NCBI GenBank assembly: GCA_050261575.1
Contig: JBLNDL010000008.1
Span: forward strand, 1-62,867
DNA from: Sphingomonadaceae bacterium
GTDB lineage: Bacteria > Chloroflexota > UBA6077
Direction of reading: 5' to 3'
DNA length: 62,867 nt
The position numbers and the translations under genes are program-made. Under the pieces are notes generated by a model. It saw nothing but the letters and a program-made list of their open reading frames with translations, was not told the origin of the DNA and did not search any database. This document shows positions 17,283 through 25,394 of this stretch, piece by piece (positions within the stretch are counted from its first letter, which is position 1; the number at the start of each line of letters is the position of its first letter).

Positions 17283-17310
17283 TAATCGGCAGCTTTGCGG
17301 TCTTTCTTTA
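17283..17310 (-). promoter_or_regulatory. Sigma28 (FliA/SigD)-type promoter for the MCP gene
   Basis: Minus strand TAAAG-N15-GCCGATTA versus consensus TAAAG...GCCGATAA, upstream of a chemoreceptor. Confidence 0.8.
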
Positions 17311-17369
17311 ACTGTTGTCCAGGACCGGGTCTTCTCGTTTGTGGTAGTCTTGTCGGCGGGAGGAGACCG

Positions 17370-18350
17370 ATGCTGGACGTGATGCTTCTCGGTACCGGCG
17401 GAATGACCCCTCTGCCCCATCGCTTCCTGGCGAGCGCCATCCTTCGCCACCTTGGCAGGATGGTGCTGATCGACTGCGGGGAGGGCACGCAGATCAGCCT
17501 GAAGATGAAGGGCCCTCTCCCAACAGAGGGGCCGCCTGTGGAGGGATCATCCTGCCGGGCGGGGGCCGCCGGCAGGTCCGGGTGGGGCTTCAAGGAGATC
17601 TCGGTGATACTTCTCACCCACCTGCACGCCGATCACGTTGCCGGCCTGCCCGGGATGCTGCTCACCATCGGCAACTCCGGCAGGAGGGATCCGCTGCTGC
17701 TGTACGGCCCTCCCGATCTGTTGCGGGTGGTGGAGGGGGTTCGGGCTATGGCCCCTCAGCTTCCATTCCCCCTGGAGTGGCAGGAGCTGGCAGGCGGGGA
17801 GGAGCTGCACCTGGGCGGCATCGAGGTCTCCTGCCTGGCTGTGGACCACGGGGTGCCCTGCCTGGCCTACTGCGTCCACGTGCCCAGAGGGCGTCGGTTC
17901 AACCCGGAGCGTGCCCGAGAGCTGGGGATCCCCGTCCATCTGTGGGGCCGGCTCCAGGGCGGCGAGCCGATCGAGTGGGAGGGTCGACGGGTGGAGCCCG
18001 CAGAGGTTCTCGGTGGGGAGCGGAGAGGCATCAAGCTTTGCTACGTCACCGACACGCGGCCCACACCGGAGCTGCCGGGTTTCGTGGAGGGCGCGGACCT
18101 GCTGATCTGCGAGGGGATGTATGGGGACCCCGGGGACCGGAACAAGGCGGAGGGGAACAGGCATATGCTCTTCTCCGAGGCGGCGGAGATCGCCCGCCGG
18201 GGGGGTGTGGGGGAGCTGTGGCTCACCCACTTCAGCCCGTCCCTGTCCGATCCGGCGGAATGGCTGGAGGAGGCCACCCGGATCTTCCCAAACACCCGCA
18301 TCGGCCACGATCGGATGGCGGCCAGCCTCCGCTTTCCAAGTGACGAGTGA
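17370..18350 (+). CDS. rnz: Ribonuclease Z
   Basis: LLGTGG, LIDCGEGTQ, THLHADH, YVTDTRP, LWLTHFSP; contains a 23-aa insertion. Confidence 0.93.
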   Translation: MLDVMLLGTGGMTPLPHRFLASAILRHLGRMVLIDCGEGTQISLKMKGPLPTEGPPVEGSSCRAGAAGRSGWGFKEISVILLTHLHADHVAGLPGMLLTIGNSGRRDPLLLYGPPDLLRVVEGVRAMAPQLPFPLEWQELAGGEELHLGGIEVSCLAVDHGVPCLAYCVHVPRGRRFNPERARELGIPVHLWGRLQGGEPIEWEGRRVEPAEVLGGERRGIKLCYVTDTRPTPELPGFVEGADLLICEGMYGDPGDRNKAEGNRHMLFSEAAEIARRGGVGELWLTHFSPSLSDPAEWLEEATRIFPNTRIGHDRMAASLRFPSDE

Positions 18351-18476
18351 TGAACCGACTCCTGGTCTGCGTTATGCTCTTTTTGATCTACAACCGACGG
18401 GTACGACACCGGAGCCTCCTTGGCTGTCGGCTAAGTGGCCAGCCGGCCATCGAAAACCAAGGGAGTGGCGTGGAAG

Positions 18477-19280
18477 ATGTCGAGCAGGAGCCGTAAGAGT
18501 GGTGCCGAGAAACGGATCTCCCCTCCTGCCAGGTCCGCGCAGGCTGGCAGCAAGGGGTTGGGGCCCGGTGACTCGCGTCCGGCGACCCAGACTCGCCAGT
18601 GGCCCCTACTGGTGGCCCTCGCCTCGACCCTGGGCGTGGCTCTGGGCGTCGTGATGATCGCGCTCAGCCTTCTCTCCGCTGGTTCTCCCGCCGCTCCCCT
18701 GTCCACCGGAGCCGTGGCCCAGAACTCTTCCCCCTCCAACTCCCAGGCGGCGACGGGCCCGGAGCGGCGGGCAGTCGGGAGCCCCGATGCCTCCGTGGTG
18801 GTCACGGAATGGTTCGACTTCCAGTGCCCCGCCTGCCGCATCTACACCCTCACCAGGGACATCCCGCTCGAGCAGCAGTACGCTGCCGCCGGTAAGGTGC
18901 GCTTCGTCTACCGCAACTACGCCTTCCTCGGGCTGGAATCGATCCTGGCCGCGGAGGCCGCCGAGTGCGCCGCCGACCAGGGGCGGTACAACGACTACCG
19001 GCTGGCGCTGATGCAGCGCCAGCGGGGAGAGAACCTCGGCACCTTCAAGGCCGAGAACCTCGAGGCCATCGCGGCGGAGTTGGGGCTGAATCAGGCCACC
19101 TTCAACGCCTGCCTGGACAACGGGGTGTACCGGCAGGCGGTCCTGGCCGAGCGGAGGGAAGGGGAGGCCCTGGGGGTCAACGCGACCCCCACCATCTTCG
19201 TGAACGATCGAAAGATGGAGGGCGTGCCGACCCTGGATCGGATGAAGGCGGCCATCGAGGAGGAGTTGGCGAAGAGGTGA
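18477..19280 (+). CDS. Membrane-anchored DsbA-family thiol-disulfide oxidoreductase
   Basis: TM helix; EWFDFQCPAC; GVNATPTIFVN cis-Pro loop. Confidence 0.9.
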   Translation: MSSRSRKSGAEKRISPPARSAQAGSKGLGPGDSRPATQTRQWPLLVALASTLGVALGVVMIALSLLSAGSPAAPLSTGAVAQNSSPSNSQAATGPERRAVGSPDASVVVTEWFDFQCPACRIYTLTRDIPLEQQYAAAGKVRFVYRNYAFLGLESILAAEAAECAADQGRYNDYRLALMQRQRGENLGTFKAENLEAIAAELGLNQATFNACLDNGVYRQAVLAERREGEALGVNATPTIFVNDRKMEGVPTLDRMKAAIEEELAKR

Positions 19281-19747
19281 TGAAGGTGAAGGCGACGCGG
19301 AGGGGTTGGGCGATACCAGCGCTGGCCGCACTGGGGTTGGGGGACGCCGCCTACCTGTCGGCGCTCCACTTCCAGGGGGAGATACCACCCTGCGGCGGCT
19401 ACGCCGGCTGCGCCACGGTCAACACCAGCCCCTACGCGGAGATCTTCGGCGTGCCCGTGGCGGCGCTGGGGGCAGCCCTCTACCTCCTCCTCTTCGTGAT
19501 CGGGCTGTGGCGGCTGCGGGTAGACGGCGACCGGATGGTCTGGAGCACCCTCCTGCTCTACAGCCTGGTGGTGGCCGGCGCGCTCTTCATGGCCTACCTC
19601 ACCGCCGTGGAGTTCTTCGTCCTCCACGCATACTGCTACTGGTGCCTGGCGCTGGCCGGCATCACCCTTCTCTTGCTGATCCTGGTCACCACGGAGATCT
19701 GGGCGCTCGGCACTCGGGGGGCCGCCTCCTACCCCCGCCGGGCGTAG
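19280..19747 (+). CDS. Vitamin K epoxide reductase (VKOR) family protein
   Basis: Loop cysteines CGGYAGCATVNTSPYA; active-site CYWC; start overlaps the dsbA stop. Confidence 0.92.
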   Translation: MKVKATRRGWAIPALAALGLGDAAYLSALHFQGEIPPCGGYAGCATVNTSPYAEIFGVPVAALGAALYLLLFVIGLWRLRVDGDRMVWSTLLLYSLVVAGALFMAYLTAVEFFVLHAYCYWCLALAGITLLLLILVTTEIWALGTRGAASYPRRA

Positions 19748-19756
19748 CCCGATCCT

Positions 19757-19847
19757 GGAGACCCCGGCAGATCCACAGATGTCGCAGATCGACGCAGACT
19801 AGCATCCCCTGAACCGGCATCTGTGTACATCTGCGCAATCTGCGGAT
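19757..19847 (+). repeat. CAGAT-periodic inverted repeat, copy B
   Basis: ATCCACAGATGTCGCAGATCGACGCAGA...ATCTGTGTACATCTGCGCAATCTGCGGAT. Confidence 0.8.
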
Positions 19848-19868
19848 AAGCCCCGCCTGTTTCTTCAC

Positions 19869-20225
19869 TCACAGTCCAACCACCAGATCCCCGCGTTCAG
19901 GGTGGGGCGGCTGGCGCGACGGCACTGCTGCTGGTGCCGATCACCAGATCCCCGCGTTCAGGGTGGGGCGTAGGTCACCCACAGCCTGGCCCTCCACACC
20001 AGCCAGGCGGCGGTGCCCATCAGGATGTAGAGGGTGGTCCGGACGGGGCCGAACAGCCAGGAGGGAGGCGTCCACTGGGGCTTCCTGACCCGCCGGTACC
20101 AGGTGGGCACCGCCCGGACGGTGGCGACGGAGCCCAGCCCGCCGGCGGCGAGCGGCTTTGGATGCAATCTGGATATTGCTCCTGGCCTGTTGGTAATCCC
20201 TACCGGCCCTGCCCGCTGTCTCCAT
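19869..20225 (-). pseudogene. TspO/MBR tryptophan-rich sensory protein pseudogene
   Basis: [33 protein letters not shown] and C-term TLNAGIW lie in different frames; middle helices missing; 29-nt 3' duplication; RBS and ATG at 20225. Confidence 0.8.
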
Positions 20226-20530
20226 CTCCTTTCGTATTGATGACTGCCATTACCTTTGCTACGACGGCAACTACTACGTTATGTCCGTCCACCAGGATCG
20301 ACAACAGGGGAAACCCTAGTTGTTCTATGGACGAGCTTTCTTCGCAGCTACAGAGAGCAGACGCCAGCTTCTGTGGGCATCCTACCCGTTGCCGCTACTG
20401 TCGACGCTCTTCGCCTCCCCAGTGTCGGTTTGGCCCGTCGGGGTTGAGGCAACCATGACTCCTTTGCCGGCCCAAGCGGAGTGCGACGTCTCCAACAAGG
20501 TCGCGCTCCTCCGCCGCACCCGCACGGCAG

Positions 20531-20559
20531 TTGCCCTCCAGACCCCGCCCCTATATGAT
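20531..20559 (+). promoter_or_regulatory. Sigma70-type promoter for murJ
   Basis: TTGCCC-N17-TATGAT. Confidence 0.55.
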
Positions 20560-20590
20560 GGCGCCCGACCATTCCCGTGGAGGCTTCACC

Positions 20591-22279
20591 CTGGAGAACC
20601 GCGCAGTCATCGCCAAGGCCGCCGGCATCCTGATGCTGGGCAACATCCTCAGCCGTCTGTTGGGGCTGGTGAGGGAGCAGGTGATCGCCGCCCTCTTCGG
20701 CGCCAGGATCGCCACGGACGTCTTCGTCGCCGCCTCCACGGTTCCCACCATGGTGTACGACCTGCTAGTGAGTGGGGCCATCAGCGCGGCGCTGGTCCCG
20801 GTGTTCACCGATTACGCCGACGCCGAGGACAAGAGGGACCTGTCACGGGTCGTGAGCGCTGTGCTCAGCATCGCCACTGCGGCCATGGCCCTGGTTGTGG
20901 CGATGCTGGTGGTGGTGGCACCCTGGCTTGTGGAGATCCTGGGGGCCGGGTTCGACGAGGAGGCGCAGGCCGTCACCACCTTCCTGGTTCGGCTGATGCT
21001 CCCCTCGGCGCTGTTCATGGGCACCGCGGGCATCCTGACCGCCGCCCTCTACGCCCGCCAGAGCTTCACCCTGCCGGCCTTCTCCGTGGCCGTCTACAAC
21101 CTGGGGATCATCCTGGGGGGTGTCCTGCTGACGGACAGGATTGGGGTCTCCAGTCTGGTCGTCGGGGTTCTGCTGGGGGCCATGCTCCAGGTGGCCATCC
21201 AGCTTCCCGGGCTGCGAGGCATCAGTTTGCGACCGGCTCTCGACCTGTCCCACCCCGGGGTCCGAGCGATCCTGAGGCTGTACGCCCCGGTGGCGCTGGG
21301 GCTTGTGGTCTCCAACGTCGGCGTCTTCATCGACCGGTACCTGGCCTCCCAGACGGGTGAGGGAAGCATCGCCGCCATGCGCTTCGCCACCACCCTGGTG
21401 CAGTTCCCCCTGGGGCTGGTGGCGACCGCAACCTCCTTCGCCGTGCTGCCCACCCTCTCGCGGCAGGCGAACGGGGACGCGGAGACGCGGGGGCGGGGGG
21501 CCGCGGGGACGGGGGGATTCCCTCTCCCGGAGGGAGAGGATCGGGGTGAGGGCTCGAGCATCCAGCACTTAGCGCTCAGCCCTCAGTTCTCGTACGCCTC
21601 GACGCTTCGCATGGGGATGAAGGCGATCCTGCTGCTGATCGTGCCGGCGGCGGTGGGGCTGGCGGTGCTGCGGGAGCCTATCGTCGAGCTGCTGTTCCAG
21701 CGAGGGGCATTCGACCCGAGCGCGACGGCGCTCACGGCCCTCGCCTTCCTCGGCTACTCCCCCAGCATCGCCTTCACGGCGGTGGACCAGTTGCTGATCT
21801 TCGCCTTCTACGCCCGAAAGGACACCCGCACCCCCGTACTGGTCGGGGTGATGGCGATCTTCGTCTACCTGGCCGTGGCGCTGGCGCTGATCGGGCCCTT
21901 GGGGATGCTAGGGCTGGTGCTGGCCAACTCCGTCCAGTGGATCTCCCATGCCCTGGTGCTGCTGTGGCTGCTGAATCGGGCCGTCCGGGGGGTGCTGGAT
22001 CGGGAGTTGGGAGTCTTCCTGGCGAGGGTGGCCACCGCAGCCCTGGCCATGGGGCTCGTGTGCCGTCTCTTCCTCTCCATCACCCTGCCGATGGCCACGT
22101 CGGGGCCGCTGGTGGCGCTCCAGGTGGCCATGGGAAGCGGTCTCGGCGCCGCCGTCTATGCCGTGGCAGTGACCCTGCTGCGGGTTCGAGAGGCTCGCGA
22201 GATGTGGGAGGTGCTGCTCTCCCGCCTCCGCTGCGGTTTCCTTCGGCGCTATGACCCGACGGGTGGCGAGCGCCGATAG
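20591..22279 (+). CDS. murJ: Lipid II flippase MurJ (probable CTG start)
   Basis: SRLLGLVREQVIAALFG; GAISAALVPVF; FYARKDTRTPV; about 14 TM helices. Confidence 0.93.
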   Translation: MENRAVIAKAAGILMLGNILSRLLGLVREQVIAALFGARIATDVFVAASTVPTMVYDLLVSGAISAALVPVFTDYADAEDKRDLSRVVSAVLSIATAAMALVVAMLVVVAPWLVEILGAGFDEEAQAVTTFLVRLMLPSALFMGTAGILTAALYARQSFTLPAFSVAVYNLGIILGGVLLTDRIGVSSLVVGVLLGAMLQVAIQLPGLRGISLRPALDLSHPGVRAILRLYAPVALGLVVSNVGVFIDRYLASQTGEGSIAAMRFATTLVQFPLGLVATATSFAVLPTLSRQANGDAETRGRGAAGTGGFPLPEGEDRGEGSSIQHLALSPQFSYASTLRMGMKAILLLIVPAAVGLAVLREPIVELLFQRGAFDPSATALTALAFLGYSPSIAFTAVDQLLIFAFYARKDTRTPVLVGVMAIFVYLAVALALIGPLGMLGLVLANSVQWISHALVLLWLLNRAVRGVLDRELGVFLARVATAALAMGLVCRLFLSITLPMATSGPLVALQVAMGSGLGAAVYAVAVTLLRVREAREMWEVLLSRLRCGFLRRYDPTGGERR

Positions 22280-22452
22280 GAGCAGGCATGTTGCGGTCTT
22301 TCCGAACTGAGCCAGCCGGAAGCTGAAGCCCTCCATCCCCGCCCTACCGCGCGGGACCAGCGGAGCGCCGCACTGAGCACGAGGTTGGAGTAGGGCGAGG
22401 CACGAGGCCCTGTCCTACTCCGCCTTGCGGCCCGCTCTGCACCAGGATCGCC

Positions 22453-23892
22453 CTACAGCAGTGCCCCCACCGTTGCCTGGATCGCCTCGATCATCGGGCC
22501 CGGGTAGACCCCCAGCCACAGCAGCAGGAGGGCGAGTGCAGCCAGAACCAAACCCCCGGCCCACTGCGTGGAGGCAGATACGGGCCTCGCCGGAGCCTCC
22601 ACCGTGGGGCGCTGGTAGACGGCGGACACCACCCGGAGGTAGTAGAAGAGGCTGATGGCGCTGGACAGCACCAGCACCACCACCAGCAGCCACCAGAAGA
22701 CCGATACCCCGGCGGTGACCAGGTAGAACTTCCCGATGAAGCCGGCCGTGAGGGGCATGCCCGCCAGAGAGAGCAGCGCTACCGTGAGGACCACCGCCGG
22801 GAAGGGGCGCTGATAGAAGAGCCCACGGTAGTGGTCTATGCTCTCGGCCTCCTCGTTGCCCGTGGAGAGCACCGTTACCACGCCGAAGGCGGCCAGGATC
22901 GTCACGAAGTAGGCCGCAAGGTAGAAGGTGGCCGCCGAGATGCCCAGGGTGCCGCCCGCCAGGAACGCCACCAGCATGTAGCCCACGTGGGCGATGGAGG
23001 AGTAGGCCAGGATCCGCTTGACGTTGTTCTGCTGCAGAGCCAGCAGGTTGCCGCCCAGCATGGAGGCGATGGCGATCAGGCTGAATGCTATCACCATTGA
23101 GCCGTAGGATCGGACGTCGACCTGAGTGAAGAAGCGGAGCAGCAGGGCGAACATGCCCCCCTTGGAGACGGTGGCCAGGAAGGCGGTAGCGGGTGCCGGC
23201 GCCCCCTGGTAGACGTCCGGCGTCCACATGTGGAAGGGCACGACCGCCAGCTTGAACCCGATGCCGACGACCAGCATCGATAGACCTGCAAGCACCAGGA
23301 GGTCGCCGGAGACGGTGCCCAGCGTCTGGGCGATCCGATCGAACTGCATGGTGCCCAGCTCGGCGTAGATCAGCACCATCCCGAACAGCAGGAAGGCTGA
23401 GGACGCCGAGGCCAGGATCAGGTACTTGATGCCCGCCTCCACGCTGCCGCGCACCGTCCGAGGGTAGGCGAGCAGCGCGAAGAGGGAGATGCTCAGGGTC
23501 TCCAGTCCCAGGAAGAAGGAGGCGAAGTGGTTGCTGGCGGCCAGCGTCGCCGATCCCAGGGTTGCCACCAGCAGGAGCAGGTAGAACTCCTCTCGGTGCA
23601 CCCTTTGCCTCTCGAGGTAGCCGTAGGCCAGGGCGACCACGGCGATGGCCGCGGCCAGTAGCACCCCGACGTAGAAGAGGGAGAAGCTGTCCAGCACGAA
23701 GAGCGCGGTCACCTGGCGGGGGGTGGCGGGGAGGGCCACCCAGAGGGCGGCGAAGGCGATCGCCAGACCCGCTGCGGATAGCAGCGCGGCCAGCAGATGG
23801 GAGCGGGCGAATGCGATGGCGAGCACCGCGAGCAGTGCGAAACCGGCGACCACCTCCAGGGGCAGCAGGGCGACGAGATCGTCGAGGACCAT
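22453..23892 (-). CDS. nuoN: NADH-quinone oxidoreductase subunit N
   Basis: EAGIKYLIL; GFKLAVVPFHMWTPDVYQGAP; KRILAYSSIAH. Confidence 0.95.
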   Translation of the reverse strand: MVLDDLVALLPLEVVAGFALLAVLAIAFARSHLLAALLSAAGLAIAFAALWVALPATPRQVTALFVLDSFSLFYVGVLLAAAIAVVALAYGYLERQRVHREEFYLLLLVATLGSATLAASNHFASFFLGLETLSISLFALLAYPRTVRGSVEAGIKYLILASASSAFLLFGMVLIYAELGTMQFDRIAQTLGTVSGDLLVLAGLSMLVVGIGFKLAVVPFHMWTPDVYQGAPAPATAFLATVSKGGMFALLLRFFTQVDVRSYGSMVIAFSLIAIASMLGGNLLALQQNNVKRILAYSSIAHVGYMLVAFLAGGTLGISAATFYLAAYFVTILAAFGVVTVLSTGNEEAESIDHYRGLFYQRPFPAVVLTVALLSLAGMPLTAGFIGKFYLVTAGVSVFWWLLVVVLVLSSAISLFYYLRVVSAVYQRPTVEAPARPVSASTQWAGGLVLAALALLLLWLGVYPGPMIEAIQATVGALL

Positions 23893-23894
23893 GA

Positions 23895-25394
23895 TCACCT
23901 CCGGGGCTCCACCTGGGCCGTAGCTGCGGATCCCATCGCGTTGGCCAGCCCCTGCCCGGCGGCATCGAGGACCGGTTGCGGGTAGAAGCCCAGCCAGAGG
24001 GCGGTGGCGACCAGCATCGCCACCATCCCCAGCTCGCGGGACGACAGATCGGGCAACTGGCGGCGTTCCGCGATCGGCCCATGGAAGACCCGCTGGATCA
24101 TCCAGAGGGCGTAGACCGTGGCAAAGACGATCCCGAGCGCCGCCAGCACCGCCGCGGCGAAGTTGGCCTGGAAGGTCCCCAGCAGGGTGAGGAACTCCCC
24201 GACGAAGTTCCCCAGCCCGGGCAGCCCCAGCGATGCCAGCGCGAAGAAGAGGGTCGCCCCGCCCATCAGAGGGATGGTGGCCCACAGCCCCCCCATGTGG
24301 TCCATCTCTCGGGTGCCGACGCGCTGCTGGATGGCGCCCGCCAGCACGAAGAGCGCCCCGGTGCTGACGCCGTGGGCGACCATCACCATCACCGCACCCT
24401 GCAGCGCGAGGCTGTTCCAGGCGAAGACACCCAGGAGGACGAATCCCATGTGGCTCAGGCTGCTGCAGGCTATCAGCCGCTTGAGGTCCCTCTGGCCGAA
24501 GGCCAGCACCGCCCCGTACACGATCCCGACGACCGCCAGCGCCAGGGCCACCGGGGCGAAGGAGGGGGCAGCCTGAGGGAAGAGGGGCACGAGAAAGCGA
24601 ATCAGGCCGTACCCCGCGGTCTTGGCCATCAGCCCCGATAGGACGACGCTCGCCCCGGTTGGGGCCTGGGTGTAGGCGTCCGGCAGCCAGGTGTGGATCG
24701 GCACCGCCGGCAGCTTCACCGCTAAGCCGACGAACATCCCCAACATCAACCAGATGGCCCAGTCCGGCGGCAGGCTGGTTCCGAGCAGCTCGGCGTAGTC
24801 GAAGCTGTAGCGGCCCGTGTCCTGGCCGTGGACGAAGTAGAGCCCCAGGATGGAGAGCAGCATCAGCAGACCGCAGGCCTGGGTGAAGAGGAAGAACTTG
24901 ATCGCTGCATAGAACCTCCGCTCGAACCCCCACAAGAAGAGGAAGTAGGAGGGGATCAGCATCAGCTCCCAGAAGAAGTAGAAGAGGAACAGGTCCACCG
25001 CCAAGAAGACGCCGGTGATGGCTGCCAGCACCCACAGGAGGTTGAAGTGGAAGAAGCCGACCCGATCCCCGACCTCCGTCCAGGAGGCTGCCACTGCCAC
25101 GATCCCCAGGAAGGCGGTCAGCGTCACCAGCACCAGGCTCAGCCCGTCCAGGGCAAGGTGGAAGCCGATGCCGAACTGTGGTAACCAGGGGACGCTGAAC
25201 TCCGCCAGCCAGGGTCCTTGGAGGGTGGAGGCCCCCTGCCCGAACTGCTGCACCCAGACGGCGACCGCTAGACCGAGGTTCGCGGCAAGGGCCAGGATGG
25301 AGAGCCGGCGCGGCCAGGCCGTGCTCCAGCGCCCCGAGATCCAGGCGAGGACCGCGGCCGCGGACGGGATGGCGATGAGCCAGGCAAGTATCAT
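23895..25394 (-). CDS. nuoM: NADH-quinone oxidoreductase subunit M
   Basis: DLFLFYFFWELML; VKLPAVPIHTWLPDA; SLGLPGLGNFVGE. Confidence 0.95.
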   Translation of the reverse strand: MILAWLIAIPSAAAVLAWISGRWSTAWPRRLSILALAANLGLAVAVWVQQFGQGASTLQGPWLAEFSVPWLPQFGIGFHLALDGLSLVLVTLTAFLGIVAVAASWTEVGDRVGFFHFNLLWVLAAITGVFLAVDLFLFYFFWELMLIPSYFLFLWGFERRFYAAIKFFLFTQACGLLMLLSILGLYFVHGQDTGRYSFDYAELLGTSLPPDWAIWLMLGMFVGLAVKLPAVPIHTWLPDAYTQAPTGASVVLSGLMAKTAGYGLIRFLVPLFPQAAPSFAPVALALAVVGIVYGAVLAFGQRDLKRLIACSSLSHMGFVLLGVFAWNSLALQGAVMVMVAHGVSTGALFVLAGAIQQRVGTREMDHMGGLWATIPLMGGATLFFALASLGLPGLGNFVGEFLTLLGTFQANFAAAVLAALGIVFATVYALWMIQRVFHGPIAERRQLPDLSSRELGMVAMLVATALWLGFYPQPVLDAAGQGLANAMGSAATAQVEPRR

